Notes: generated by a model from the letters alone, not told the origin. Counted from the first letter of the whole stretch, positions 9,821 to 23,484 are shown. The stretch is 63,775 nucleotides of DNA, filler included, from Olpidium bornovanus S191 (GCA_017911155.1; 28 parts of 28 records of this genome joined end to end with filler, not necessarily neighbours in it), one strand, 5' to 3'. Numbers and translations: made by a program.

Positions 9821-11507
9821 ATGTCGTCGTCGGAAGGCCAGCTCAAGACTACCAGGGACGGCCGACCGTTTGCGAAGGTAAGGGGCCTTCCCCGCCACCA
9901 CCTGTGCGCCGTCCATACGCCTCTGTTCGAAGTGCGCCGGCTCCGTGACCTTCGAACGTCCACCCTCCCAGCCTCAACCCCGGTTGTTTGAAGGGTACTG
10001 CTGACGAAATTTGTTCGCAACGGCGGAACTCGAAAGGCTTTCCACGAGCTCTTTGCGGCGTTTTTGTCGGCCGTGAAACTTGGATCCCACCGGCATGTTT
10101 TTAAAAATTACTCCAACACTTTCACCACGAAGGAGGCCATCGAGACGCTGTCAGAGCTGAAATTCACGCAGGTGAGAGCCCCCGTTGGTTGGGTTTGAAT
10201 TCCCGTCGATTTTAGCCTGGCGGGGCCGACCGAGGCGCCAACATGGTCCGTTCCCTTCAAGTCCATTTCCCAGCCAGATCCAAAGAATCCAAGCAACGTC
10301 GTCACAACAACGGTTTGTTGGCCCGCACATTGTCTCGGAACCCGATAGGCCGGGTTTTACACCGCCTTGTTTGTTAGCTGGCCGTGTAGGCAGCTCGCAC
10401 ACGCAGCTTACCCGAGTTGCTTCGTCATCCGACGAAGCCGTGCTTGCGTCCATAGGTAACCACGACCTTTAGCATGGACTCGGACATGGCCTGTTACCTG
10501 CTGTCAGAATTCCTCCAGGCGCACCTCATATTCAACGTCGTGGACCCGCAGTCCACGGACGCACCAAACGACGGGATATACGGGTTGACAGGGAAAGGCA
10601 ACGTCCTTTACGAAATCTTCCTGAGGGAAAGCCGGCAGGAGCTTCTGGCATCGGCGAAGCCGGTGGCAGGCGCACCCGCGGACGACCAGTCGCGGAAGGC
10701 CGTCCCTCCGCAACGAAAGGGCGCTACGCTTACGGAGTTGGTGGCGCCGTCGGGTATGCTCCTCTCGTTGGAACGCGAGCCCGATGACGACCAGATGGTG
10801 TTGAACCAGCAAGTCATCGCGGAACTGTTCCGGGCGTTCGCGGGAAAGACACCAAACTACGAAGAAAAGGACAAAAATTCTTTGCAGTCGCCGGTCGCTC
10901 TTTCTCCCAGAGACGCAGCCGCTGGTGACACCGAGACCCAGTCGGCGAGCAGCAGCCTCAACATGGCCACGGCGCCAGGAGTCGACGAGCAGGAGGTGAC
11001 GGCCAAGGTCAGCGTGAACGGCGTCAGGCTCCGCGATAGGACGCAGGTCTTCAAGAAGGTGAAGATGACGTTTCACGGGCGCGTCGCGATAGACTGGCTC
11101 ATGGCGCACACAACGCTCGTGAACCGGGAAGAGGCGGCGAAACTGGCGGACAAGTTCCTGGCAAACGGCTACATCCGGTCTGTGGGCGATAGCTCGCCTG
11201 AATTTCGGGACGTGAAGCAGGTCGTGTACGCGTTCACCGATGAGGGGCAGCGGGTGGCCGGTTGGGATGTGGGCGAAGGGTCGAAGGGCCGCGCTTTGTC
11301 TGGAGATATGAAAGGTAACCCGTCCTCGTTTTTGCCGATCGGTCTGTTCAAAACAGAGGGACGGCCGTGAGTAACACTGTTACGACCGGACCTAATTTCC
11401 GCCGTCTTGGAATTCCCTGGCACACAGAGGGCATTTTCCAGTTCGGACGGCAGCGCACGCCTTCGTCCGGAGGCCAGATGAGCGGCAGCAAGCGAACGTT
11501 GAGCATG
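9821..11507 (+). CDS. FlbA/Sst2-family RGS protein, N-terminal DEP domains (RGS domain beyond contig end)
   Basis: Spliced: MSSSEGQLKTTRDGRPFAK|AFHELFAAFL...HRHVFKNYSNTFTTKEAIETLSELKFTQ|SISQPDPKNPSNVVTTT|VTTTFSMDSDMA...LEREPDDDQ...TFHGRVAIDWLMAHTTLVNREEA. This parallels FlbA (RPF.KDF.DLF; PDPKDPSRIVTTTTTTTFSM). Confidence 0.85.
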
Positions 11508-11607
11508 NNNNNNNNNNNNNNNNNNNNNNNNNNNNNNNNNNNNNNNNNNNNTTAATTAATTAANNNNNNNNNNNNNNNNNNNNNNNNNNNNNNNNNNNNN
11601 NNNNNNN

Positions 11608-12933
11608 CATGAACAATGAAGCAGCGGATTTCGGAGCGCTGGCAATTTTTTCTGGGAGTCAGCAAGATAAATTTTCGTTTCTTCAGCGGGCTTGGCACAG
11701 CGCTCCTTAATACGACTGTAAAGCGACCGGCAAGAAGCGACGGCACCTTCGGGGTAAGGAGCAGAGTTTGGCCAACACCGTCTTGTTCCGCGGGCGGTCA
11801 GATAAATCGTACAGCGGTGATACGCCAGGATCAGCAGTATTGTCGCAGTTGTCAAAAACCATATTATTGCTCGGAATCGTGAAATCTCCAGCAGCGCTGA
11901 GCTCTGTCAGGGTCGGCATTTCGTAGGTCCAGCAGGTGAGGCTGCCATCACGACTAAGTGTGACGATGATGTTGGTGAGGGTGCTGGCGTCACTAACGAA
12001 TATGACGTCCTCCTGAAAGGACACAAGCTCTCCAGTTTCCAATTGGTCAGGTTCCCAAGTAGAGCCGGTTCGCTTCGGGGCGCTGTCCGGAGTGAAAGGA
12101 CCTGCTGCACACCTCACTCCCAGGCATCGCGCGGACTGAAGCGGATGGCCAAGCTCATACAAAGCCGCGTGGATCGGCTCGTCGTAGTTGCTATCCAGCG
12201 CACTCCAGTCGCGGTCGGCTATGTTCTCCCAGACCGCAGTGGCGGAGGGAACAGGTCGCAGTAAACAGCCGACGCGCATAGGCCACGCGTCCTGCACGAA
12301 GAACGGAAGCTCAACGTAATGGACTCTGCCGTCGGGATAATAAAGGTTAGCCCGTGTGCCAAAGAAGGTGCAAAGGACTCGATGCAACCTGACAGTGGTG
12401 AAGCCCTCGGCATGAGAGTTCCGAAGCGGATTCAGCCTGGCCCGGCCCTCAAATTCGCAACTGCCCTTCCAGTCTTCTGCTACGTCGCAGCGGTCGGCCG
12501 ACGGGAACCACGCGAAAAACGCTTTCACGATGGGAAGCGGGCAGTTGCCCGCGGAGCGGCCTTGCTGTACGGTAAAGCTCTTGTCGAACGTTCTCCCGCG
12601 CGACCAAAACACTGTGGAGCCGGCGACAAATAGCTCTTCCTCAAAGGCAGGACCAGTGACGCGGCGCGTCGGGGGCACTCCCGAGGAAGGACATTCTATG
12701 CGGTCCGGGCCTCCTCCGGGGAAAAGCCAATACGGCTTATGGTCTGCCGGCAAACCAAGTCGCGCTTGGTGGTGGCGCAACTGGTGTTCGGGACGTGCTC
12801 TTCCTGTCGCTCCTACGTCTTGGCGCGGCGACTCAACCGCGGAGGAGAAGTCCCGCGCCGTGTCCGGGTGGCTCCTGGCGTGATCAAGCCCGTTCGGCGT
12901 AAACCTCCCGAGAACGGCAACCTCCAAAGACAT
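11608..12933 (-). CDS. APC1: Anaphase-promoting complex subunit 1, N-terminal region (partial)
   Basis: EEELFVAGSTVFWSRG..KSFTV...LYYPDGRVHYVELPFFVQDAWPMRVGCLL...LYELGHPL matches the order of ANAPC1 N-terminal motifs (EEELYVAG.VIWS; LPFQV..VWP..GLL; MLHPL). ATG at 12933. Confidence 0.8.
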
Positions 12934-13375
12934 CTCGTTCCCCGGGGACGCTCGGACAGGGGGTCCTCCGTTCGCCGGGGGTCCTCCGTTCGCCGGGGGC
13001 GTGCGTTCGCGCGGGGTGGGTGACTCGGGCGAGATCGATGCGCCGAGGGGAAGGTGGAGGGAGGTTTGCCTGGTCTCCTTCTCGTTTTTTTTTTTCTCCT
13101 GCTGGTTTGGCGGTGACTTGGGGACACACACACCCCAGACTGCTTCGTACCACCCGACCCACTTTCCGCTGCGGGCGCACGTGACAAAGAATTCGGCAAA
13201 GCGACTCGTACGAGAACGTAGAACTTGAAATAGCGGCGGCGCCCAGACAAAACAAGGAAGCTCCCTACTTCCATGNNNNNNNNNNNNNNNNNNNNNNNNN
13301 NNNNNNNNNNNNNNNNNNNTTAATTAATTAANNNNNNNNNNNNNNNNNNNNNNNNNNNNNNNNNNNNNNNNNNNN

Positions 13376-14150
13376 ACACCCAGGCAACCCTTCTCTTATG
13401 CAAGCCGGGAAAATCCCGCATCGGAGAGAAGACAAAAGAATCACCGTCCGCAGCTCGGCGGGCGGTCTGCGTTGCTTGATACGACGCGTTGCATGCACGA
13501 TGCACACGCGGCGCCGTGTCGGCCGCGTTTCCGATATGGAGAGGGTGGCCCGCAGCTTGTTCGGTCGACGGGCGCTGATATTGTGAACGAGCTTCCAAGG
13601 GGACGTCTGGGCAAGCGGCTTTGCGCAAAGATCTCGGTCGTTCAGATAACTGTGCCTGTCGATGTTGTTCTCAAAAAAATTCGCGTTGACCTGTGCTTCA
13701 ACAGCGCTATTTCTTTTTCCACGGTGTTGCAGCTTAATAAACATATTTCAATGACATCCTTTGGGGCACGGCTCTCTCCGGAACGGTGATCCGTTTGTTC
13801 ACACTTTGTGCAGGGACTGTGGGGGCCTGGCCTCTGCCCTTTCCATTGTCGGGCGCTAGAGCTGTCAGCCTCGTCATTTCTGTGCTTTCCAGAGACGAGA
13901 AGGCGGGTGAGGTGTTCGCCAACAACCTTATGTCGCACTCGTGGAGCAGTTTGGCTCGTCCAGCGGCGACAGGCGGCATTGTCGAGCGAGTCTTCTCGAT
14001 GAGTTCCCATCCGGCCACTTCCCGCTGCACACGGCTGCAACGACGAGATGCAGCTCGTTTCGGTTTGACGTTGACGGAAGGGAATTTTGTCAGGGAGAGG
14101 GCCGGACCTCCCTGCCTGCGCCTTTGGCAACAGGGCCGTCGTCTGCATAT
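13376..14150 (-). mobile_element. Decayed retroelement gag-like remnant
   Basis: Degenerate knuckle CTKCEQTDHRSGES (13771-13812, final C replaced by S); fragmented frames; no splice signals. Confidence 0.35.
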
Positions 14151-14523
14151 TATCATTGCGCGCCTTGAGCTGCGGCCAGAGGGCAGAGGGGGTTTTCCCC
14201 TCGTTGCACTGGTCCTAGAGTGACTCCGCAAAGGGCGGTTGGCAAGGAGTTCTCCGTCGTGTACAGGAGGAAATTGGCTCGGCTTAAAGACGACGCACGC
14301 GCCCCTGTGAGCATCATCGCGCGCCGGGCACAACGGGGCCCGCGTCCGGATTTCGTCAGGGAGGCTATGGCGCTCTAGGCGAAGGAGAGGGGACCTGACG
14401 GAGAGGAGATCTTGGCAAGAATCCGCCGCGCGGTTTCCCATCGCCGCCCCTCGAGCTCCCTTTCGCCTCTTTCCCTCTTTTCGCCTCCGGTTGGGCCGAC
14501 CCCTTTCCTCCGACCCTCACCAG

Positions 14524-14555
<32 letters not shown>

Positions 14556-14658
14556 AAAAAAAAAAAAAAAAAAAAAATTACAAAAAAAGGGCCTTCTCCT
14601 CCGCCCTCAAGCGTGAAAAACCAAGAGGAAAGCCGGAAAAAATAAAAAAACAACGATA

Positions 14659-15983
14659 ATGCCCACCACGCCGGACCGCGCGAACGGCGACCGCGCCATT
14701 GGCGGCGCCGCCTCCTACGACCTGACCGAGAAGATGGTGCCCTTCCTCGACAGGCACCTGGTTTTTCCTTTGCTGGAGTTCCTCGGGAACAAGAACGTAC
14801 GAGCGCGGAAGGAAGACACGCCGCGCGCCGCATTTCTAACTCAAGCACATGCACGCACGCGCGCGCGCGCCCGCACGCCCCGCGGATAGCCGGGCCGGGG
14901 AAACGGCGGGCGTGAACGCACCGGACACCCCCTCGAATGATTCCTTTTCGCGCCCCGGGTGGCGTTATGGTTAATTGATATGTATACATGTATTGTCGTG
15001 CCGTCGACCAGTTATACCCTCAGGAGGATATGCTGAAGGCGAAGTACGACCTGCTGTCGGCCACGAACATGGTCGACTACTGCACGGAGCTCTACAAGGA
15101 GCTGCACCACGTGGAAGAAGTTCCCGAGGGTACGCAGCGTCTGACGGCGCCCGTCACGTTTTGCTCGGCCCGCCGCCGACGGTCCGCTTTTTGAACCAGT
15201 GTCTTCGCCTACGTGCGCTAGCGCGACGGGAGCCGTCTTCATGTTGTCGTAATGCTCGTGATGCCCTCCCGCCGCAGAGTTCGAAAGAAAGCGCAACCAG
15301 GTTCTGGCGGAGATGGCGCAGCTGGAACAAGATGCCCAGAAAATCATCGCCGTCATCGAGAACCCCGAAGTCATCGCCGCTCTCAAACAAGACAAGCAGC
15401 ACAACAGGCAGTTCCTTGAAAAGGAGTACGGGGTGCGTTTTCCCGTGCGGCTTTGCGTGCGCGATAAATTCGGCCGGATTGTTTCGAGTTCGGCAGGCGG
15501 GGAAGGCTGGAACTGGGCGCTTGGTACGCGCGCATAGTTCACTTCCGAGATGGCCCAAGACCTATTCAAGTACGGCAGGTTCCAGTACAGCTGTGGAAAT
15601 TACGGCGGTGCGGGGGAGATCCTTTACCACTACCGCGTCCTGGTAAGTCCGAGGGACCGGGGCGCGATCTCTGCGGATGTCGAACTCTCGGGGGCCGGAT
15701 TCCCGTCCCTAACAAGAACGACTGCCGGGCCGCAATTCGTTGATGTTGTCAAGAGCACGGATGCCGAACTGGATTTTGCAGCGCTGTGGGGGAAGCTGGC
15801 CTGCGAAATCCTTACGGGCAACTGGGAAGTTGCTTTGGAAGAAGTTCAAAACTTAAAGGAGCACATCGAAAGCAAGGTACGTGCGCCTCTCGCTCTTCTG
15901 TTGACGTTTGGTCGGGAAGGTCCCGAATCTGAACTTTTTTTTCTCGCCGCCAGAACTACGACAACCCGGCCGTCCAACTCATG
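14659..15983 (+). CDS. eIF3e: Translation initiation factor eIF3 subunit E (Int6), 3' truncated
   Basis: [23 protein letters not shown] | [10 protein letters not shown] | [13 protein letters not shown] | [15 protein letters not shown]. Exons at about 14659-14796, 15012-15129, 15278-15432, 15540-15642 and from 15754. Confidence 0.96.
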
Positions 15984-16083
15984 NNNNNNNNNNNNNNNNN
16001 NNNNNNNNNNNNNNNNNNNNNNNNNNNTTAATTAATTAANNNNNNNNNNNNNNNNNNNNNNNNNNNNNNNNNNNNNNNNNNNN

Positions 16084-16967
16084 GGGGCCTTTGGCTCCTG
16101 CGTTTTTGCGAGCGCGGCGCCCTCCGCCGCCGCCGCCGCCGACGTTTTTGCGTCGGCCTTCGCGGGCATCAGCTTCTCCGTCTTCTGCACGCTCGCGATC
16201 ATGTCCGCCGCTATGGCCGTAACGGACTTCTTGTTCAGCTTGGGCACCACGGGAACGAACTCGGTCTGCTGCTGGTCGTCGTCGTCCGCCTCGTCTTCGC
16301 CGATGGTCCCGCCGAGCCGGCGCGGCTCGTTCGTGATCGTCTCGACGTGGGTGAGGTTTTCCGCCATGCGCGTGGTCATCCTGCGGAGGACCCGGCTGCG
16401 GTAGTTGGCGAACAGGTTGACGACGGAAGCAGAGGAGAAGCTCTTCCTGCCCACCGCCCCAAGCCTCCTCGACGAGCGCGAGTCGGAGCTGTTCGCGGCC
16501 GGCGACGCCTGCAGGCGGCCCAGGTCGTAGACGTTGCCGGACGCCGCCAGCGGGCGGCGCCGCCCGCCGCCGATGTTGGCGTCCGACCGGTTCTGGTACA
16601 GCGGGGCCACCAACGCCGGCGGCTGGCCCGCCACGGCCGAGCGCGACGACGACCTCTCGCCCACCATCCAACCCCCGGTGGGCCGCCTCGGCAGCGTGCC
16701 CAGCCTCCCCTCGCTCGTGCTCCGCTGTATCCCCTCCGGCAGACCGGGCACCTGCAGCTGGCCGCCCGATCGGCCGTTTCCCCCGACCAACGTCGAGCTC
16801 TGCGACGAGGGGTCCGAGAGGACGCCCGCGGGGGCCCCCGGTGCGTCGGCGCCGCCCACATCGGCCGGCGCCGGCAGTCCTTGTTGTTGCGCCGGCGGCT
16901 CTTCATCGTGCACCTGAATGGCGTCGTCGACATTGCCGCTCGGCGAGCGGATGCGAATGTCCGACAT
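16084..16967 (-). CDS. Hypothetical protein, disordered N-terminal exon (3' truncated)
   Basis: About 295 codons open from ATG 16967 with very high GC3, preceded by an A-rich leader. No recognisable motif. Confidence 0.65.
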
Positions 16968-17399
16968 TTTTTGTTATCTAAATCTCGCCACCCGCCCGCC
17001 CCCCCCCTCCCTCTTTTGTTGTTATTTATCTTTCGCTTTTGTGAGAGAATGCACGGTTTTTTTCGACCCGAAACAGCAGAATGCCGAAGGCGGGGAAGGG
17101 GAGGTAGGCGGTGTGGAGGGGGGGGGGGGGGGGGGGGGGGGGGCGGGGTTTCTGCACGCCGCAAGACACGGTCGTCTGCAACAAAGAAGGGAGCCCCCGC
17201 GTCTCGTCCGCCCGCCGGGGTGCGCAAAGCTACATAGCTGCGCGAGAGGGACANNNNNNNNNNNNNNNNNNNNNNNNNNNNNNNNNNNNNNNNNNNNTTA
17301 ATTAATTAANNNNNNNNNNNNNNNNNNNNNNNNNNNNNNNNNNNNNNNNNNNNGGGAAGAGGGGGGTGTCGCGCGCACCCGGGAAAAAAAATGTGGAAG

Positions 17400-17438
<39 letters not shown>

Positions 17439-18452
17439 AAAAAACGGTTGCCGTTAGAGTTGGCACACTTCGCGACGAGGTGTTGTGAACCCTGCTTTGT
17501 TTTTTATTTTTGTTGCCTTTAGCGCAGCGGCACCCTGCGTCCGCATCACCCGCCAACCACAGTTCTTTTGGGGTTTTGTTGATGTTTTCCAGGCGAGGGA
17601 AGGACGGGGACGGGGCGCGTGTCGAGCTCTGTGCCCGCATAGCATTAACTTTGCCTCGTTACCGGCATTCGCAAAAAGAAAATTGCTCGTGCGAGTAAGT
17701 CGTGTTGAGTTTTAGCCCCCCCCCCGGATCTCCGGCGCGAGTCCCTCCTTTTGCGGGTGAATCTTGCCGGCGAATCCTGCGGACCTGAATGTCAGCCCTC
17801 TGAACCTGGCCTTCCGGAGTCTGCCTTCCGGCGTTTTGGTCGGGGAATTTTGACGGCGGGATGTGACGGGAATTACGATCGGGCGGAAAAATGGTTTGAC
17901 GGGGCATAGCCCCCCCCATGGGGAACAGAACGGCGAAAACCCAGAATGAAAAAAAAATAAAAAAATAAATAGATACAGTACTGCAAATTGGAGCTCCGCC
18001 GCGTCGTTCTGCTACAATCCGTTTCTCCTTATTCCCGTTTACTACCAAAGGGATACGGCAGCGTACTATCCCCACGGTCGCCAACGTGGGTGGTCACCAC
18101 CGCACGTGTGGAACACTGACGGTTGTTGCGCCCTGCGCAGCGTCACCATCTGCCTACCTGGCTGGCCGACCCGGCTACCATTACGCTCTCACGGACGAAA
18201 AACAGGTGAAAAGGGCTTTGCATCAAGGAAAGGTCGGCAAGGTGTATTACGGAAATTGGGAGAGAAAATCTTATTTCTCTCCGGTCCGCCTCCTACTTCC
18301 TTCTTCCGTGTGACGGAAAGGGAAAGAAAAAAAAAAAAATCCTATCGGCAACTACGGACAACAACCCCGGGCTCCCGTCCAAAAAACAAGAAACAAAAAG
18401 AAGTTTGCCTCCCACTTCCTTTTTCCGTCCCCAAAAAAAAGGGCTTCACCTC

Positions 18453-21400
18453 CTACTTTCTCCCCCCGCGTCGCTGCGACGAGACGGCAGCAGACTTGCC
18501 CTTCTTGTTTGACGATGCGCCGGCGGCTTTCCCGGCCGGCTTTTTCTTCGCGCGGATGAGCACGTCTTCTCCCAGGTTGCCGTTGTTGTCTTTGTCTTCG
18601 TTTTCGCCGTTCTCCCCTTCCCCCCCGTCCACGTCCGGCGCAACGTCGACATCCATGGCCTCCTCCATGTCCGGCAAATCGCCCCCCAGGTCTGCCGTGG
18701 ACGCTCCAACGCGTTTTTTTGCTGCAGTCTTCAGGACCGTCGGCACGGCCACCGGGTGGGTGCCCTTGTTGTAACTGTTCGTCGCGAGGGGAGAAGGTGG
18801 GGGGAAGAACGGTGCCAACAACGAGAGGATGGCAACATCAACACGTTTTACGCTCGATTGCATTCGAACCAACGAGAAAGCAAGGGAACCAGCAACAAGC
18901 GGGCTGATAGGCAAATTCGTACGTCCTGGTAAACGCGGTTTTTACCGCTGCTGGGATGTCTTTGAGCACCTTGTCGCCGGAAAGGTGGCCGATCCCGAGG
19001 TCGATGACGGCTTCCCAATCTTCGCGCGAGATGTAATAGTGATCCATCAATTCGATAACCTCCGGGATACCGTCTTGCCCGCTTTTCCAGAGAGGGACCG
19101 TCAGCTTCGGGATAAGGGCTGGCGTGTACGCCAGCCTGACCTCGTGGCGGTCGCCCGAGATTCTGAGGCGCAGATGGATTTGCAGTTCCCGCAATACGCG
19201 GTAACCCTTCGTGGTCTTCGAGTTCTGACCAAGCCAGCTGGAAAAGCGGGGTTAGCAGCAAATTCGACGCCATCCTAACACGCCAAAAAAAAAATCCAAG
19301 GCAATGTGAGTTGGGCGTGGGCGGGAAGCCAACGCCTCACCTCGGAAACCCTGGCCCAAACGCCCCCGGCTTGACGAAAGACCCGTGGACAAAGCCGGCC
19401 GGGCGGACGCAAGAGAATGCGGAATGAATAGGCATGAGCGACCAGTGCTGATCGCCGTGGATCAGCCGGTCTACCAGATCGCCGTCGGATATTGACTCCG
19501 CGGCGTTCGCGAGAAGTTCAAGGTGTTGGAGCATCTGAAATTTGGGTGCCAGTGATGTGTCTACTCTCGCAGGTCTCATGTGGATGTAGTTCTCCTGATG
19601 TTTGGCGTGATTGTGAGCATTCGCGTTTGCCGGAATGAACGAGTTCAATTTACGCAAGTGGCCCGCTGGGCACAAGCGCCCATATCCCACCTGCACCATC
19701 AGCGGCGCGATGCTGAAGTCGTCAAAATAGACGTTAAGTTTATCCGACAAAGATTTGCTCCTGTAGTGGCTGCCATTCAGGATATGCTCAGCCATTTGGA
19801 ATGGGTTCAAAGCGGAGTTCTTCTCGGAGGCCCTCGAGCTGGCGAAACCGTAGGCAACAAATACGTCATCTCAGAGACTGTGTTACAAGTGCCGATCAAA
19901 CAGACCATTGAGGGCCTGGAAAGCAGGCGCCCTTGACTTACAGAGCTTTGCTTTGATCATAGTCCAGCGAGGAGTCAACAAGCCGATATGCAGACAGTAG
20001 ATTAAGAATCTGGCGAACATCGGACTGAGTAGACTGAACCAACTGGTCAATCGCGTTTGGTTTTATCTGGAGGTTCTCCCTAGTGGGAATGCGCAAAAAT
20101 AAGCTATAATCACCGCGCCCTGCAGTCAAAAACGAACGCCAACGACATACTTGAAAGCTATGCTCATCAACCGCGACCGACACTGCTTTGCATCAGGCCT
20201 GGCAACCAGCAAAAAGACCGGCGAAATCCCGGTACCGAGCGACGGTAAATACAAATAAATGCAAAATCTGCGAAGCTCCCGGCGCGAAAAAAAAATTCCG
20301 CCCACCTCCTAAACTTCAAGTCCAAACAATAGTTAGCAAGGGACTTCACTTTAGGTGAGCTCCGGTCGTTGCAGATGCAGATAATGGGGACCTTTCCGCC
20401 GCCGTTTGGTAAGCCTCTAGCAACGTTTTCCAGAAACACCAAATTATTGGCAATAAAAGTCACCTGCGTTTTCTTGATAATGGAAATCAGCTCCCCCATG
20501 CCCCCGCGGTCGCCAGCAGACATTCCGTCTACCTCATCCATGATAATGACCTGCGGTTTCCCTTCACCACCCTCTTTTTCCTGTAACGCCCCATGACAGT
20601 AAGACATATAAAGGACGCGACAGCTAGTGACTGCGTCATGTACCGTACCTTGTCATTGAGATAGTATTCTGTGATGGTATGATGACCAATACACCCGAGC
20701 ACGTTTTGCTGCGATGTGCAATACGGACATTAGAATATACACGGAAGCGTTGAAAGCTGTCCGACGGCCCGCAACTCACTTCCAGACCCTTCTTGCTACG
20801 GACGTCACTGGCATTAAACTCCAGTACGGAGAAACCTTCCAGGTCGCACACTAAGTGGGCAGCGGTCGTCTTCCCAATACCAGGCGGTCCGGAGATAAGA
20901 ACAGCACGCGGGGACTTCCCAAAGCCCGCACGACGATTTGCCGCCCTTGAAACGGAGTCGACATCGTCGAGTCACCGGCCGTCACATTATTCGGGTTAGC
21001 CGTAGAGCGATGCGTACCAATTTTTCAGCCACGCGGCCAGAGACGCGACGTTCGAATGGTTCCCGATGAGATCCTTGTACGATCGCGGCTTATACCTGTC
21101 GGTCCACAGTTGCGGAAAGGTTCTGCATTTGAAGACAACAAACATCCGATCGGTTATATAAAAAAGAGGTGAGCGCTGCGCGCCCGCTTTTTGCTGCCAA
21201 CGCGTGTTAGAAACGTACGACGCGAGTGATGACGCGTCCGACGGCGTCGGCGGCGGCTCGTTAGGCAGCTCCGGCTCCGAGGCACGCTTTCCTTTGCCCT
21301 TCGGAAGCTTCTGCAAGGACGACGACTCTGCGGTTTTAGCAGGGCTCTTGCGGATCAGGTCCAGGAGCCCGTCCTCGTCCAGAGTTTTCAGCTTTAGCTG

Positions 21401-23237
21401 CTTAATCTTCTCCAGCTTTTTTGGTCCTGCATCGCGTCCAACGACGACGTAATCCGTTTTCCCGCTCGGTGCACTGACTACGCGCCTGCAGACCAGCGAG
21501 TCAGCCGCCCGACAAAGTAAGGCAAATTCCGCGTTCACACCGCAATACATACGCCCCGTATCTTTTCACCAAATCGATGGCCTCGTCGCGGCTAAGAGAG
21601 ACACCTTCCCCCGTGAAGCAGAACGCGAGTCCCTATGTGATAACAGCTTCACCGTCAGCGCCTACGCAAAAGGACGCCATTCGTTTGGGCGCGCACATCG
21701 CGCACCCACCGCTAGGCAGTCTTCCGCCCCCTCAGGGATTTCCTTGCTCCCAGGAGCGGTAGGCCCGGATCGGTTCAAGAACGCGGTGTAACTGGCGCAA
21801 CGTCAGCACTTCACAGGATTCGACCGTAAAACCGCGCTCCTCTTCGCATACCTCGACCTCTTCTTCTCGGAGTGTTCCTCCCCAAGTTCGGCCGGCTCCG
21901 ATTTCCGGGTGGCGTCGTGTGTCAACGCCTTTTGTAGCTTGGCGGACGATGGCGCCTTGTGCGGTCTGTCCTCCTCGGAGGAAACACCCCGGACGCTCCT
22001 GCTCCCAGATTCGGTCCGATTCCGCTTATTCGGTGCGAAATCTTTTTTTGCCGGCCTCTTATTCTGCGTCTTGAGTGACGCCCTCGGCTTCTCTTCTGCC
22101 GCGGCCGTGGAAGGCTGCTCATCCAACTCCTCAAACGTCAAATCGTCGTCAGCGTCCACAGTGGGCGCCGCGGACGTTTTCAATTTTCCCACTGTGGAGC
22201 TGGTTTTCTTGGTTGCCACAACTGACTTCTCCAGGATCGGACAAGCGGTTGCGGGTTGCGAGCGGGTCAGCAAGTTGTCTGGGTTGCATCCCATCACGGC
22301 AGAAAGCCGAGACAGTTACTACCTCAGTTTCATCCGCCCCACCGCGTTTGGACTTGTCCGCCCTAGATACGCTGTTGTTCCCAAAGAATGCGTCTGGATC
22401 CACTGGTTCCCTCCTCGCCACCTTCCTCGCCAACTTGGGACTGCTCAAGGACTAATTCAGACATCGTCGTCCACGGCAGCGCATTCTTGGCGACATATAT
22501 ATCTGGGCACAGCCCGTAGCGAATACGCACCTGGCGCGTTTCGTGACTTGCTTTACGTCCTGACACTCAACGTCCTCCGCATCGTCGTCCGCGACAGGGA
22601 CACGCTTCCGCGAAGATTTCTTCGGCGGGGGGGTTTTCGATCTGGCATCGACAGAGAAACGCGGAACACGTGCTGCCGTCAGTCGGCGCTCCAACGGCAC
22701 GCCGACCGGTTGAGGCGTCAGGGGGACGCTCGTACACTTCGTTTTCCTCGTCTTCGTCGGAATCTGGTTTTGTGTGGCGTACGGCCGAACGTCCGAGAAA
22801 GCGGGCCGCCGGACGCCTGTCAATGACGTGTGTTTAGGGGGGCGGTCTTTTGGAAATCTTCCGCGCCACGGGAAGACGGGCGACAAGCGCGTCTCCCGCT
22901 CGCGTGCCGCTCCGCTCCGCCATTCCAGCTCCGCAAGAAAACGCCGGGCCCTCTGCGGCACCCTTCACCCCCGGCTTCCTCCCTCACCGGCCCGCCGTCA
23001 CTTTCGAAATATCCCCCGTGCCCGGCACAAACGGGCGCGAGGGTCTGGCTGCGCACCTACAACGAAGAGCTTCTTAGCGGAGGTCCTCCTCCTCGAAGCA
23101 GACGCGGCGGCCGCCGCGTCCCCGGCACTTTTCGCCACCGGCGCTGTTGGCGGGGAAGTCTTCTTCTTCCCCGGCGCGCCCGGGCCTCCAGTACTCTGCG
23201 GGCCCTTGGGCCGGAAAAACTTCCTGATGTCGGCCAT
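18453..23237 (-). CDS. RFC1: Replication factor C large subunit (multi-exon, apparently complete)
   Basis: Start MADIRKFF; BRCT segment ([32 protein letters not shown]); Walker [12 protein letters not shown]; [10 protein letters not shown]; [15 protein letters not shown]; RFC1 C-terminal [16 protein letters not shown]; TAG at 18453-18455. Confidence 0.97.
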
Positions 23238-23447
23238 GCCAGGGGCGTCACGGCAGGAGCGGGAGTCCATTAACGTCGCGTTTTATTTTTTTTTTCCCTT
23301 TTTTTTTTCCCCCTTCCCTCGGCGTTTTCCGCGTGCAGGGGGAAGACGCCTCTCCGTTCGAAAAGGTCACGTGACTCGCAACGCCCAACCCGCCCCGCCC
23401 TGCCACCCATAGCGCCCACCCTGCGGAAAGGAAAAGCGTTCGTGGAA

Positions 23448-23484
<37 letters not shown>

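Noticed and set aside
16347-17237. Long antisense or overlapping Arg/Gly/Pro-rich ORFs (also 56768-57496, 60271-61233, 3313-4437)
   Set aside because: Shadow ORFs expected opposite high-GC3 coding exons; no independent protein signature.
18030-18313. Possible plus-strand terminal exon (HYALTDEKQVKRALHQGKVGKVYYGNW) convergent with RFC1
   Set aside because: Protein-like, but I could not fix its frame, splice partners or family; too weak to call.
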